Position numbers and translations under genes: made by a program. Positions 18,913 through 27,973 of a stretch of DNA of 64,000 nt are shown here, one piece after another. A model generated the notes under the pieces. That model made no database searches and was not told the origin of the DNA. It was given only the letters and a program-made list of their open reading frames with translations. Location of the stretch: NCBI GenBank assembly GCA_963798925.1, contig CAWCVD010000007.1, positions 318,805 through 382,804 of the forward strand. The letters are read 5' to 3'. This stretch comes from an uncultured Acidobacteriaceae bacterium. Lineage in GTDB: Bacteria; Acidobacteriota; Terriglobia; Terriglobales; Acidobacteriaceae. Position 1 is the first letter of the stretch, and every line of letters starts with the position of its first letter.

Positions 18913-19401
18913 CTAATCCAGGCCGTCCTCAATCCCCCCGTCGTCCTCCACCAGTTCATCCTCCACCCGCAGAAACCGCCGCATATAACGCAGTGGCTCC
19001 TCAGCCGCCGCAAGCTCCTTCAGGTGATAGAGCCACGCATCCTCCCGCGCACTGCGCCGCGTATATCCTTTGCGCCTCACCGTGCCGATCGTCCCGTCTT
19101 TCATCCTTCGGGTAAATGTCTGCGTCGGCACCTGGAAGGTCATCACCTCACCCGGCTTCCAGAAGTGCGAAGCAAAATCATGCGAGAACAGAAGAGCGTA
19201 GTACCGCCTCTGCGCAGCCAGTGTCTCCACCGCCTGGCGCGCGTTCTCCCACGGCAAACCCAGCTTGCCGACGTACCATCTCCGAAACTCAAATCCGTTT
19301 GTGCGTGCCTGACCAACCAACAATTGAAGCAACTCGACCCGTGTCATACCGTTCCGTTCGACCAGATGAAAATGCGCCGCTATCGGCCATCTCCGGTACA
19401 A
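18913..19401 (-). CDS. hypothetical protein
   Basis: 162-codon ORF (alternative start MTRVELL at 19347) with an acidic C-terminal tail. No family recognised. Confidence 0.45.
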   Translation of the reverse strand: MYRRWPIAAHFHLVERNGMTRVELLQLLVGQARTNGFEFRRWYVGKLGLPWENARQAVETLAAQRRYYALLFSHDFASHFWKPGEVMTFQVPTQTFTRRMKDGTIGTVRRKGYTRRSAREDAWLYHLKELAAAEEPLRYMRRFLRVEDELVEDDGGIEDGLD

Positions 19402-19536
19402 AGGTTATAGCTTATTCCGTGGTGCGTCCAATAAACGATTAACATCGTCTTCCCTTATCATCGGGTCAGCAGGCGAACGCGAGCAAAGAAGCCTTGGAGA
19501 ACCACGATAAAACGCTGTCGAACAATCTTTAGCTTC

Positions 19537-20724
19537 TTGCTCGCATTTCTTCTCGTGAGCTCGTCCCCCGCAGATACCTACAACCCCGCCGCCCACACCG
19601 ACCCAATCAACCTCACCCCCCAGGTCCACGAGGCCCACGAGCACTTTTACAACCTCGACTACGACGGAGCCCTCACCCGCTTCGAGGCCATCCAGAAAGC
19701 CAACCCCCAGTCCGCCATTGCCAGTGGCTACGTCCTCATGACGCTCATCTTCCGCGAGCTCTATCGTCAGGACCTCCTCGACACGACTTATTACGCCCAC
19801 GACAGCTTCCTCACCTCCAAACGAGCCGTCACCGTCCCCCAGGCCACCCGCGACCGAATCGAATCCGTCACCAACGCCGCCATCGCTCTCGCCGACCAGC
19901 AGATCAAAGCCAATCCCAACGACGCCAACGCCTGGTTCGCTCGCGGGTATGCCCGTGGAATGCACGCCGCCTTCATCACCCTCGTCGATCACAGCTACGT
20001 CGCCGCCGCCCGCCAAGGCTACGCCTCCCGAGGAGACAGCGAGCAGGTCCTCAAAATCGACCCCGGCTACGACGACGCCAAGATGGCCATCGGCATCCAG
20101 CAATTCGCCGTCGCCAGCCTCCCGCGCTTCATTCGCATCATGGTCGGCGTCGCCGGCGTCAGCGGCAACAAGGAGAAAGGCCTCGAACTCCTCCGCGAAT
20201 CGGCCGCACACGGCATCGTCACACCCATCGAGTCCCGCACTGCACTCTCGCTCTTCCTCCGTCACGACGCTCGTTACGCCGAGGCCATCGTCGTCCAGAA
20301 AGGTCTCGCCGAAGAGTTCCCACACGATTATCTCTTCCGCCTCGAGGTCGCCAACCTCACCAAAGACTCCGGCAACGGCCCCGGAGCCATCGTCCTCTAC
20401 CAGCAGGTCATCGCCGACGCCAAAAAGCCCGACTACTTCGTCGAGCCCCGTCTCCACATGGCCTACTGGGGCCTCGCCGACACTCAGCGCGGCCAGAACC
20501 AGATCGCCGAAGCCGCACAGAACTATCTGCTCACCGCAGCCCAGCCCACCTGCACCGACTGGCTCCGCCGCCGCGCCCAGCTCAACGCCGGCGAAATGTT
20601 CGACCTACTCCACAATCGCGACGAAGCCATCAAGCAGTACCAGCTAGCCTCAGCCGGCGGCGGCGACCAGTCCCAGGCCGACGCCGCCCGCCGCTACCTC
20701 AAGACTCCCTACATCGGCAAATAG
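19537..20724 (+). CDS. TPR-like repeat protein, probably secreted (start codon uncertain)
   Basis: ORF track start is TTG 19537. The frame is open from 19435 and encodes a signal-like IKRCRTIFSFLLAFLLVSSSPA upstream. TPR-like helices run throughout. Confidence 0.6.
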   Translation: MLAFLLVSSSPADTYNPAAHTDPINLTPQVHEAHEHFYNLDYDGALTRFEAIQKANPQSAIASGYVLMTLIFRELYRQDLLDTTYYAHDSFLTSKRAVTVPQATRDRIESVTNAAIALADQQIKANPNDANAWFARGYARGMHAAFITLVDHSYVAAARQGYASRGDSEQVLKIDPGYDDAKMAIGIQQFAVASLPRFIRIMVGVAGVSGNKEKGLELLRESAAHGIVTPIESRTALSLFLRHDARYAEAIVVQKGLAEEFPHDYLFRLEVANLTKDSGNGPGAIVLYQQVIADAKKPDYFVEPRLHMAYWGLADTQRGQNQIAEAAQNYLLTAAQPTCTDWLRRRAQLNAGEMFDLLHNRDEAIKQYQLASAGGGDQSQADAARRYLKTPYIGK

Positions 20725-20776
20725 GCCCTCGGGACTGCGGGCAGAGCAGGGAACTCAGCCCGCAACCGCCGTCCGT

Positions 20777-22138
20777 TCAATCTGCCAGGGTGTAATTCAC
20801 CGTCACCGTCGTCTTCACCTGAATCGGTTCGCCATTCAGCAGAAACGGCTTCCATCGCCACTCCCGCACAGCATCCATCGCGCTCTGGTCGTAATCCGCA
20901 CGCAGGCTCTTCTTCACAAACACCTTCACCGGGACGCCATCCATCCCAAGCACCACACCCAGAACCACCGAACCGTCCAGCGTGTCCTTGTTCGCCTTCG
21001 CATCAACCGGATACACCGGACTCTTCCTGTAAATGATCATGTTCTGCATCTTGCTCGCGTCCACCGACAAGGTCGTGGGAGTCTTGTCCTGTCCCGCCGG
21101 TGCCGACACCTCAACCCGCAGTGCCACCGCCGAGACGCAAGTTGCCACTCCCATCGCAACACACGCAACAGCAATCGCCGCTCGCCGCATCCCTCGCACT
21201 TCCACTCGCCTCTCCGTCAGATTCATAACTCTCCTCTCAAAAATGTTGGCATCGAATATCCCGATGGCGTGAAGAACTCTGGCCGGCGGCCGATCCGACA
21301 ATATCGACGCCAGCCGCAATAACGACCGTGCATACCTCGCCCGTCCCGCAACCGCATCCGCAGCCATCGCATCGCAGACCATCTCCCGACTCTCAGCCAG
21401 CCGCCGCCGCGTCAACCGCAGCAGCGGATGATAAGCCCCCGCCAGCGACAACACCTCATACAACAAATTCTTCGCAAAGTCTCGCCTGCGCATATGCACG
21501 ATCTCATGCGCCAACAACGCATCCAGATCTCCCTGCTCAACCCGCTCCATGAATCGCGGCGGCACCAGCAGCACCTGCCGTCTGACCCCAACCGTCACCG
21601 GCCCCCGAATCATCCGCGACGTCCGTATCTCCGGTCCATCGCCACGCCCCGAGAGGCCAAACAAAGCAAGACACCGCTCCCACGTCCGCCTCGCCTCGCC
21701 TGCCAGTGTCAGTGGCGTCGCCTGCCGCCGCATCAACATCGTCTTCCACAAACCCCACCCAAGCCGCCCAACAAAATACACCACCACTCCCACATACAAC
21801 ACCAAAACCCCAGTCACCACCGCCGTCGGAAACCTCACCAAACCAGAGCCCCCGGCAACTCCGCCCCCAATCGAGGCATGCACCCTCCCAACCCCGCCAC
21901 CCGCAAGGCCAAACATCACAAGACTCTTCAACCTCCCCCAAACCCCACCCAAATCCATCAAGGGGCACGCCGGCAAAACCGCCTCAACCACCAGCGCACT
22001 CACCCAAACCCGATGCACCGCTCTTGGACCCGCGCTCCGCCCCAACCGCGCCGCAACCCAAGCCGCACCAAACACCAGCGGAATCTGCCATAACGAGTTC
22101 AACAAATATCCCAGCACCCACAGCTCAAACGATCTCAT
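20777..22138 (-). CDS. BlaR1/MecR1-type M56 peptidase sensor fused to a TonB C-terminal domain
   Basis: Multi-TM N-terminus, HEXXH (LAHEIVHMRRRD), C-terminal YPVDAKANKDTLDGSVVLGVVLGMDGVPVKV...WRWKPFLLNGEPI resembling TonB_C. ATGA overlap with the blaI-like gene. Confidence 0.85.
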   Translation of the reverse strand: MRSFELWVLGYLLNSLWQIPLVFGAAWVAARLGRSAGPRAVHRVWVSALVVEAVLPACPLMDLGGVWGRLKSLVMFGLAGGGVGRVHASIGGGVAGGSGLVRFPTAVVTGVLVLYVGVVVYFVGRLGWGLWKTMLMRRQATPLTLAGEARRTWERCLALFGLSGRGDGPEIRTSRMIRGPVTVGVRRQVLLVPPRFMERVEQGDLDALLAHEIVHMRRRDFAKNLLYEVLSLAGAYHPLLRLTRRRLAESREMVCDAMAADAVAGRARYARSLLRLASILSDRPPARVLHAIGIFDANIFERRVMNLTERRVEVRGMRRAAIAVACVAMGVATCVSAVALRVEVSAPAGQDKTPTTLSVDASKMQNMIIYRKSPVYPVDAKANKDTLDGSVVLGVVLGMDGVPVKVFVKKSLRADYDQSAMDAVREWRWKPFLLNGEPIQVKTTVTVNYTLAD

Positions 22139-22515
22139 TCGCCGCCGCCTTCCTCTTCCAGTCGCCTGCTCAACTCCGCAATCTTCTTCGCATCGATCTG
22201 CCTGTTCTTGATCAGGCTCATCACGAGCTCCTCGCTCGAGCCCCCAAACATCCGGTCGATCAAGTCACGAACCGCATGCCCCGAAGCCCTCGCCTCTGTC
22301 ACGACAGCGCTGTACTCATAAGCTCGCCCGCGGAGCTTCCTCCGCAGCTTTCCCTTCTTCTGCAGAATATTCAGCATCGTCTGCACCGTCGTGTACGCCA
22401 ACCGCTGCTCCAACCCCTCCTGCACCGCACCCACGCTGCTCGGTCCCAGCCGCCATATCACCTGCATAATCTGCAGCTCCAGCTTGGTCAATCTCTCCCG
22501 CTCCGTCTTCTTCAT
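22135..22515 (-). CDS. BlaI/MecI/CopY family transcriptional repressor
   Basis: LTKLELQIMQVIWRLGPSSVGAVQEGL...AYTTVQTMLNILQKKG winged-helix signature. Confidence 0.9.
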   Translation of the reverse strand: MKKTERERLTKLELQIMQVIWRLGPSSVGAVQEGLEQRLAYTTVQTMLNILQKKGKLRRKLRGRAYEYSAVVTEARASGHAVRDLIDRMFGGSSEELVMSLIKNRQIDAKKIAELSRRLEEEGGGE

Positions 22516-22642
22516 CCGCGCATCTCCTAAATCGTTAGGACAAACCCTACGCCCAACTCTGCAATCTTGTCAACTAAAACCTTAGGACTTCCGCGCCCCA
22601 GACCACTACGTCCCAGAGACCGCCCATCTGGACCGCAAAAAT

Positions 22643-22700
22643 TTCTCCTTGACGAACTAGGAGAGCGCACGCAACAATTCTCCTAGACCGTCAAGGAGAA
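22643..22700 (+). promoter_or_regulatory. two tandem TTCTCCT-N9-AGGAGA(A) inverted repeats upstream of padR; the second contains the Shine-Dalgarno
   Basis: TTCTCCT 22643-49 pairs with AGGAGA 22659-64. TTCTCCT 22678-84 pairs with AGGAGAA 22694-700. The padR ATG is at 22710. Either PadR operators or anti-SD hairpins. Confidence 0.3.
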
Positions 22701-22709
22701 CCGCCCCGA

Positions 22710-23066
22710 ATGCCAAAACAGATCGATCTCATGCAGGGAACCCTGGACATGCTGATTCTCAAAGCCGTCTCGCTCAACAAACTCCACGGCTACGGCATCC
22801 TACTCCGCATCCAGCAGATCAGCGGCGAGCAGCTCGTCATTCAGCAGGGCTCTCTCTATCCCGCGCTCTACCGCCTCGAGCGCGACGGCGCCATCAAAAG
22901 CGAGTGGGGTGAGAGCGACAACAATCGCCGCGCCAAGTACTACACCCTCACCCCTGCCGGCCGCCGTCAGCTTCTCGCCGAAACCGAAAAATGGAACCGC
23001 ATGGCCGGCATCATCGGCACCATCCTCCGCCTAACTGCCGCGGACGTCCCCGAGGTGCTGTCGTGA
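22710..23066 (+). CDS. PadR family transcriptional regulator
   Basis: GTLDMLILKAVSLNKLHGYGILLRIQ...GSLYPALYRLERDGAIKSEWGESDNNRRAKYYTLT. Confidence 0.9.
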   Translation: MPKQIDLMQGTLDMLILKAVSLNKLHGYGILLRIQQISGEQLVIQQGSLYPALYRLERDGAIKSEWGESDNNRRAKYYTLTPAGRRQLLAETEKWNRMAGIIGTILRLTAADVPEVLS

Positions 23067-25831
23067 GCGCGCAATGGTCGCGTCTCAAATCGTGGCTCCG
23101 CTCTGTCTTCCTCCGTCGCAGCCTCGAGCAGGAAATGGACGCCGAACTCCGCTTCCATCTCGAAGCCCACGCCGCCGACCTCGAGCGCACCGGCATGCCT
23201 TCCGCCGAAGCCGCGCGCCAGGCCCGCCTGGAATTCGGGACCGTAGCCTCCCACAAAGACGAGATGCGCCACTCCCTCAACCTCCGCTGGTGGGACGATC
23301 TCTGGTGCGATCTCCGCTACGCCGCCCGCATCCTCCGCAAAAGCCCAGGCTTCACCGCCATCGCGGTAGGCTCGCTCGCTCTCGCCATCGGAGCCAACAC
23401 CACCATCTTCTCCATCGCCAACGAGATGCTCTACGAACGCCTCGGCGTGCCTCACCCAGAGCAGCTACGCCTCTTCACGCTCACCGGCGACAACCACGTC
23501 GCCATTCACTCCTCGTGGGGTGACTTTAACAGCATTTCGGGTGGTAGAAGGCGCTTCAACTCGTTTTCCTACCCCGTCTACGAGCAGCTGCGAAAAGAGA
23601 ATCACGTCCTCGAAGATATCTTCGCGTTCAAAGACCTAGGGCGCAGCAACGTAACTGTCAACGGATCAGCCCAGGCAGTCCAGCTGGAGCTTGTCTCAGG
23701 CAACTTTTACGAACAGATGCGGGTCACCCCCGCAATCGGCCGGGCCATTCTCTCCTCGGACGATGGCGCCCCCTCCACCGGGGCAGTTGCCGTAATAAGC
23801 GATGGCTTCTGGCAGCGCAACTTTGCCCGTTCCCCTGACGTCCTCGGCAAGGTCATCACCGTCAACACGATCCCCATCACCATCATCGGAGTTAACCCTC
23901 GCGGCTTCACCGGAGCCAAGAGCGTCCAAAGCTCGCCTGAGCTCTTCATGCCTCTATCAATGATCCCGTTGCTCAGAGCGTCTTTTCTTGGCGGCCCGTT
24001 TCAGTCGAACACAAGACTCTTCTGGCTCCAGCTCATGGCCCGTACCAAACCCGGCGTCTCCGATGAGCAGGCCCGCGCCTCACTCGACGTCGCCGTCTCC
24101 GCAGCCATTCGTGGCACCGAGAAAATCAACAAAGACGACACCATGCCCACTCTCGTCCTCGAGGACGGCAGCAGGGGACTGAACTACGCCGGACGCGAAT
24201 TCTCCAAGCCTCTCTACGTCCTCCTCGCGCTAGTCGGATTCGTTCTCCTCCTGGCCTGCGCCAACATCGCCAATCTCATGCTCGCCCGAGCCTCTGCCCG
24301 CCAACGTGAGATGGGCGTCCGCCTCGCTCTCGGTGCCGGCCGTCTGCGAATCCTCCGCCAGGTTCTCACCGAAAGCCTCATGATCTCCGCCCTGGGCGGA
24401 TTCTTCGGACTTCTCCTCGGCTACATGGGCCGAACCAGCCTCCCCAAACTCCTCGCAAACGCCTGGGAACAGACCGACCTCAACGTCCCCTTCGACTGGC
24501 GCGTCTTCGCCTTCACCGCTTCGGTCACCCTCCTCACCGGAATTCTCTTCGGCATAGCTCCCGCCTGGGCCTCCACACACGCTGAAATCGGCACCGCCCT
24601 CAAAGAAGGCACTAAGACCGCAACCCGTCATCGCAAAGCCTGGAGCGGCAAGGCAATCGTCACCTTCCAGGTAGCTCTCTCAACCATGCTCGTCGTCTGC
24701 GCTGCGCTTTTCCTCCGCACCCTCATCAATCTCAACTCCATCGACCCCGGCTTCCGTACCGACCATCTCCTCCTCTTCGACCTCAATCCGCCAAGCGAGC
24801 AATATCCAGCTCCCAAAGACGTCGCCCTCCACGCCCGCATCGAGGAAGCTCTCCGAGCCGTCCCCGGAGTCCAGTCCGTCTCCCTCACCGACAACCCGCT
24901 TGTCGCGAACAACACCTCAACCGACAACTTCGACATCGAAGGCGCTCCTAAAGTAAAGCGTGAACGCGGAGACAACTCCGGCATCGCCTACACGGGACAT
25001 GTAGGACACGACTTCCTCTCCGTCATGGGCATCCCCGTCCTGCTCGGCCGCGGATTCACCCAGCAGGACGTCACCCCAGCTCAGCAGGTCGCCGTCGTCA
25101 ATCAGACTCTCGTCCGTCAGTTCTTCAACGGCCAGAATCCCGTCGGCAAGCGGTTCGCTACAGACGACGACAGTAAGCCCAATCGCAAATGGATTCAGAT
25201 CGTCGGCGTCGTCGGAGATACCCGCTACTCCAATCTCAAAGACGAGCCCCCACCCATCCACTTCGATCTCTACAACCAGATCCCCGAGATCGATGGCGCC
25301 ACCTACATCGTCCGCACCCAAATGCCGCCAGAAGCCATCACGCCATCCCTCCGCGCCGCTGTCCAGAAAATCGATTCCAACCTTCCACTCATGGACATCC
25401 GCACCCAGCAACAACAGATCGACGCCACTACCCAACAAGAACGCGTCTTCGCCAGCCTCACCGCAGGCTTCGGCCTCCTCGCCCTCGCTCTCGCCTGCGT
25501 CGGCATCTACGGAATCATGGCCTACACCGTCTCCCAACGCACCAATGAGATCGGCATCCGTCTCGCCCTCGGCGCCGAGCGCCGGCAAGTCCGCGGCATG
25601 GTCCTGCGCGAAGCAGGCTGGCTAGCGGCACTCGGCGTAGTCGCCGGTCTCGCGGTCGCCCTCGGCCTAGTTCAGCTGGTCAAGTCCATGCTCTACGGCC
25701 TCAAACCCGCCGATCCCATCTCCTTTGCCGGAGCAGGCTGTCTCTTGCTCAGCGTAGCCCTCACCGCCGCCTGGCTTCCCGCCCTCCGAGCCTCCAGAGT
25801 CGAACCCATGGAAGCCCTTCGCCACGAATAA
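23063..25831 (+). CDS. ADOP-family duplicated FtsX/MacB-like permease
   Basis: GTG at 23063 overlaps the padR stop (GTGA). N-terminus WSRLKSWLRSVFLRRSLEQEMDAELRFHLE. Two MacB-like periplasmic + FtsX 4-TM modules. No adjacent ATPase gene. Confidence 0.9.
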   Translation: MSAQWSRLKSWLRSVFLRRSLEQEMDAELRFHLEAHAADLERTGMPSAEAARQARLEFGTVASHKDEMRHSLNLRWWDDLWCDLRYAARILRKSPGFTAIAVGSLALAIGANTTIFSIANEMLYERLGVPHPEQLRLFTLTGDNHVAIHSSWGDFNSISGGRRRFNSFSYPVYEQLRKENHVLEDIFAFKDLGRSNVTVNGSAQAVQLELVSGNFYEQMRVTPAIGRAILSSDDGAPSTGAVAVISDGFWQRNFARSPDVLGKVITVNTIPITIIGVNPRGFTGAKSVQSSPELFMPLSMIPLLRASFLGGPFQSNTRLFWLQLMARTKPGVSDEQARASLDVAVSAAIRGTEKINKDDTMPTLVLEDGSRGLNYAGREFSKPLYVLLALVGFVLLLACANIANLMLARASARQREMGVRLALGAGRLRILRQVLTESLMISALGGFFGLLLGYMGRTSLPKLLANAWEQTDLNVPFDWRVFAFTASVTLLTGILFGIAPAWASTHAEIGTALKEGTKTATRHRKAWSGKAIVTFQVALSTMLVVCAALFLRTLINLNSIDPGFRTDHLLLFDLNPPSEQYPAPKDVALHARIEEALRAVPGVQSVSLTDNPLVANNTSTDNFDIEGAPKVKRERGDNSGIAYTGHVGHDFLSVMGIPVLLGRGFTQQDVTPAQQVAVVNQTLVRQFFNGQNPVGKRFATDDDSKPNRKWIQIVGVVGDTRYSNLKDEPPPIHFDLYNQIPEIDGATYIVRTQMPPEAITPSLRAAVQKIDSNLPLMDIRTQQQQIDATTQQERVFASLTAGFGLLALALACVGIYGIMAYTVSQRTNEIGIRLALGAERRQVRGMVLREAGWLAALGVVAGLAVALGLVQLVKSMLYGLKPADPISFAGAGCLLLSVALTAAWLPALRASRVEPMEALRHE

Positions 25832-25953
25832 CTGGAACCTGCCTCATCCAAAGAAGAAACCGCTACACCAAAGCGAATGACATGTCCGTATGGAAGCCGT
25901 CGTCTGTCCCTCCAACCCTGATGTCGTCGTCCGGCCCCATCATCTCTGAAGTC

Positions 25954-25997
25954 GTCATCCTGAGCGTAGCGAAGGATCCCCGCATTTTGCTTTTGCC
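25954..25997 (+). repeat. REP-like hairpin element, related variant
   Basis: GTCATCCTGAGCGTAGCGAAGGATCCCCGCATTTTGCTTTTGCC (ATCCT/AGGAT stem). Same architecture as 13003-13039. Confidence 0.55.
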
Positions 25998-26142
25998 CTT
26001 CTTGCTTTTGTAGTCACCCTTGTGTCGCGCCTGCCAATTCCCAAACTCATTCCTGAAGTCACAAGGGCGCTCTCGACCGCTACCGTTTTCTCTGCTACAT
26101 CGCACGATCTCTGTGGCAAAATAGAACTCTCCGGAGACTCCT

Positions 26143-26460
26143 ATGTTCTGTTCCCGCTGCGGTAACACCGTCGACCCCTCCTCCCGTTTCTGTTCGAACT
26201 GCGGAACCACCATCGCAGCACCACCTCCGCCCCCTCCAGGTTCCTTCCCCGTCCCTGGCCAACTCACCCGTTCGCGCGCCAACCGAGTCATCGCCGGAGT
26301 CTGCGCAGGCTTCGCCATCCACTACGGTTGGGACATGACTCTCGTCCGCGTCCTCACTGCGCTCTTCGTTCTCTTCACCGGTGTCGGCGCCATCGCCTAT
26401 CTCGTCGCCTGGGTCGTCATCCCCGAAGCCCCCTATCCGCTTCCAGCTAAAACCACCTAG
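26143..26460 (+). CDS. PspC-domain membrane protein with N-terminal zinc-ribbon
   Basis: CSRCGN...CSNCG zinc ribbon, poly-Pro linker, then RVIAGVCAGFAIHYGWDMTLVRVLTALFVL. Confidence 0.8.
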   Translation: MFCSRCGNTVDPSSRFCSNCGTTIAAPPPPPPGSFPVPGQLTRSRANRVIAGVCAGFAIHYGWDMTLVRVLTALFVLFTGVGAIAYLVAWVVIPEAPYPLPAKTT

Positions 26461-26501
26461 AGGATTCGTCGACAGACTTACCCAACCTCGATCCAGAGCA
26501 T

Positions 26502-27827
26502 TTGAGCTTGCCCAAAAAAACCGAAACATCGCCAACTCTTCCTCAGGCAGCCGCGCGACCCTTCGGCTACCGCAATCGCACCCTGCACTGCGACCAGGCG
26601 AATCTCGCCGCTCTCGCGAGCAAATTCGGAACGCCACTCTACGTCTACTCCGCCGCGCAAATCACCCAGCGCTTCCAGCTCTTCGAGCACGCCTTCGCCA
26701 GCCGCCCTCACACCATCTGTTACGCCGTCAAAGCAAACTCCTCCCTCGCCATCCTCCGTCTCCTCGCCGAGCAGAGAGCAGGCTTCGACATCGTCTCCGG
26801 TGGCGAACTCGAGCGCGTTCGCAAAGCCCACAGACCCGCCCTCAAAAAGGTCGTCTTCTCCGGAGTAGGCAAACAACAAGGTGAGATCGACGCCGCCCTC
26901 CGCGCCAACATCCTGCTCTTCAACGTCGAATCCGAGGCCGAACTCGACCTCCTCGCCGACCGCGCCCAGGCCCTCAACAAAGTCGCCCGCTTCGCCCTCC
27001 GCGTCAACCCCGACGTCTTCGCCGAAACCCACCCCTACATCTCCACCGGCCTCAGCGAACATAAGTTCGGCATCGATATCAAAGCCGCCCGCGCCATCTA
27101 CCGCGCCGCAAAAAAATCAAAGTGGCTCGACCCCGCCGGCGTCTCCGTCCACATCGGCTCTCAGATCCGCAAAGTCGATCCCTTCGCCGCCGCGCTCACT
27201 CGAGTGACTGCCCTCATCGCCGACCTTCGCCGCGATGGCCACAATATCCGCTTCGTCGACGCCGGTGGCGGCCTCGGCATCGACTACGGCGCCTCCGCCT
27301 TCGATCCCGCCCGCCAGGTTGAAAAATATGCCGCTGCCCTCAACCAGGGACTAGGCGCCGACCCCGCCCACCTCCTCCTCGAACCAGGTCGCTTCATCGT
27401 GGCGCAGGCCGGGGCTCTCCTTACCCGAGTCCTCTACGTCAAGAAAAACGGCGCAAAGACCTTCGTCATCACCGACGCCGCAATGAACGATCTCATCCGT
27501 CCCGCCCTGTACCACGCCCATCACGAGATCATTCCAGTAAAGAAACCGGCAGGGAAGTCCTCTGTGGTCGTCGACGTAGTCGGCCCCGTCTGCGAATCCG
27601 GCGACTTCTTCGCTCGCGACCGCGTCCTCCCCCCGATCAAACCTGGAGACCTCGTCGTTCTCCTCGACGCCGGAGCCTACGGCATGGCTCAGGCCTCCAA
27701 CTACAACACCCGTCTCCGTCCCGCCGAGGTCCTCGTCGAAGGCGGCTCCGCAAAACTCATTCGCCGCCGCGAATCCGTCACCGACCTCTTCAGCCACGAA
27801 CTCCTCCCCCAAAAACTGAAGAACTGA
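26502..27827 (+). CDS. lysA: diaminopimelate decarboxylase
   Basis: GTPLYVYS, PLP-lysine context CYAVKANS, GGGLGIDY, CESGD. TTG start as in the ORF track (uncertain). Confidence 0.9.
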   Translation: MSLPKKTETSPTLPQAAARPFGYRNRTLHCDQANLAALASKFGTPLYVYSAAQITQRFQLFEHAFASRPHTICYAVKANSSLAILRLLAEQRAGFDIVSGGELERVRKAHRPALKKVVFSGVGKQQGEIDAALRANILLFNVESEAELDLLADRAQALNKVARFALRVNPDVFAETHPYISTGLSEHKFGIDIKAARAIYRAAKKSKWLDPAGVSVHIGSQIRKVDPFAAALTRVTALIADLRRDGHNIRFVDAGGGLGIDYGASAFDPARQVEKYAAALNQGLGADPAHLLLEPGRFIVAQAGALLTRVLYVKKNGAKTFVITDAAMNDLIRPALYHAHHEIIPVKKPAGKSSVVVDVVGPVCESGDFFARDRVLPPIKPGDLVVLLDAGAYGMAQASNYNTRLRPAEVLVEGGSAKLIRRRESVTDLFSHELLPQKLKN

Positions 27828-27973
27828 AAAACTGATTAAACCGAAAACCGATCGCAAATTGTCTTTGCCTTTCCTTTTACTCCGCTTCAGGCGAAGAACG
27901 ACTTCATCCCACTTGACGAACCCTCCTCCAGGGAAAGTAGCAAAACCGGACACCATCCAGCCTAATGACACAG

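Noticed and set aside
19405-20457. 350-aa minus-strand ORF rich in Gly/Asp/Val/Glu
   Set aside because: It mirrors the TPR-like gene on the plus strand. Repetitive G/D/V composition is typical of antisense frames of C3-biased genes.
21328-22530. Several plus-strand ORFs (74-274 aa) rich in Pro/Thr/His
   Set aside because: They are shadow frames opposite the BlaR1/BlaI-type genes.
25863-26318. 151-aa minus-strand ORF across the ADOP-pspC intergenic region
   Set aside because: It runs through the REP-like element and antisense into pspC, with no coding-like composition.
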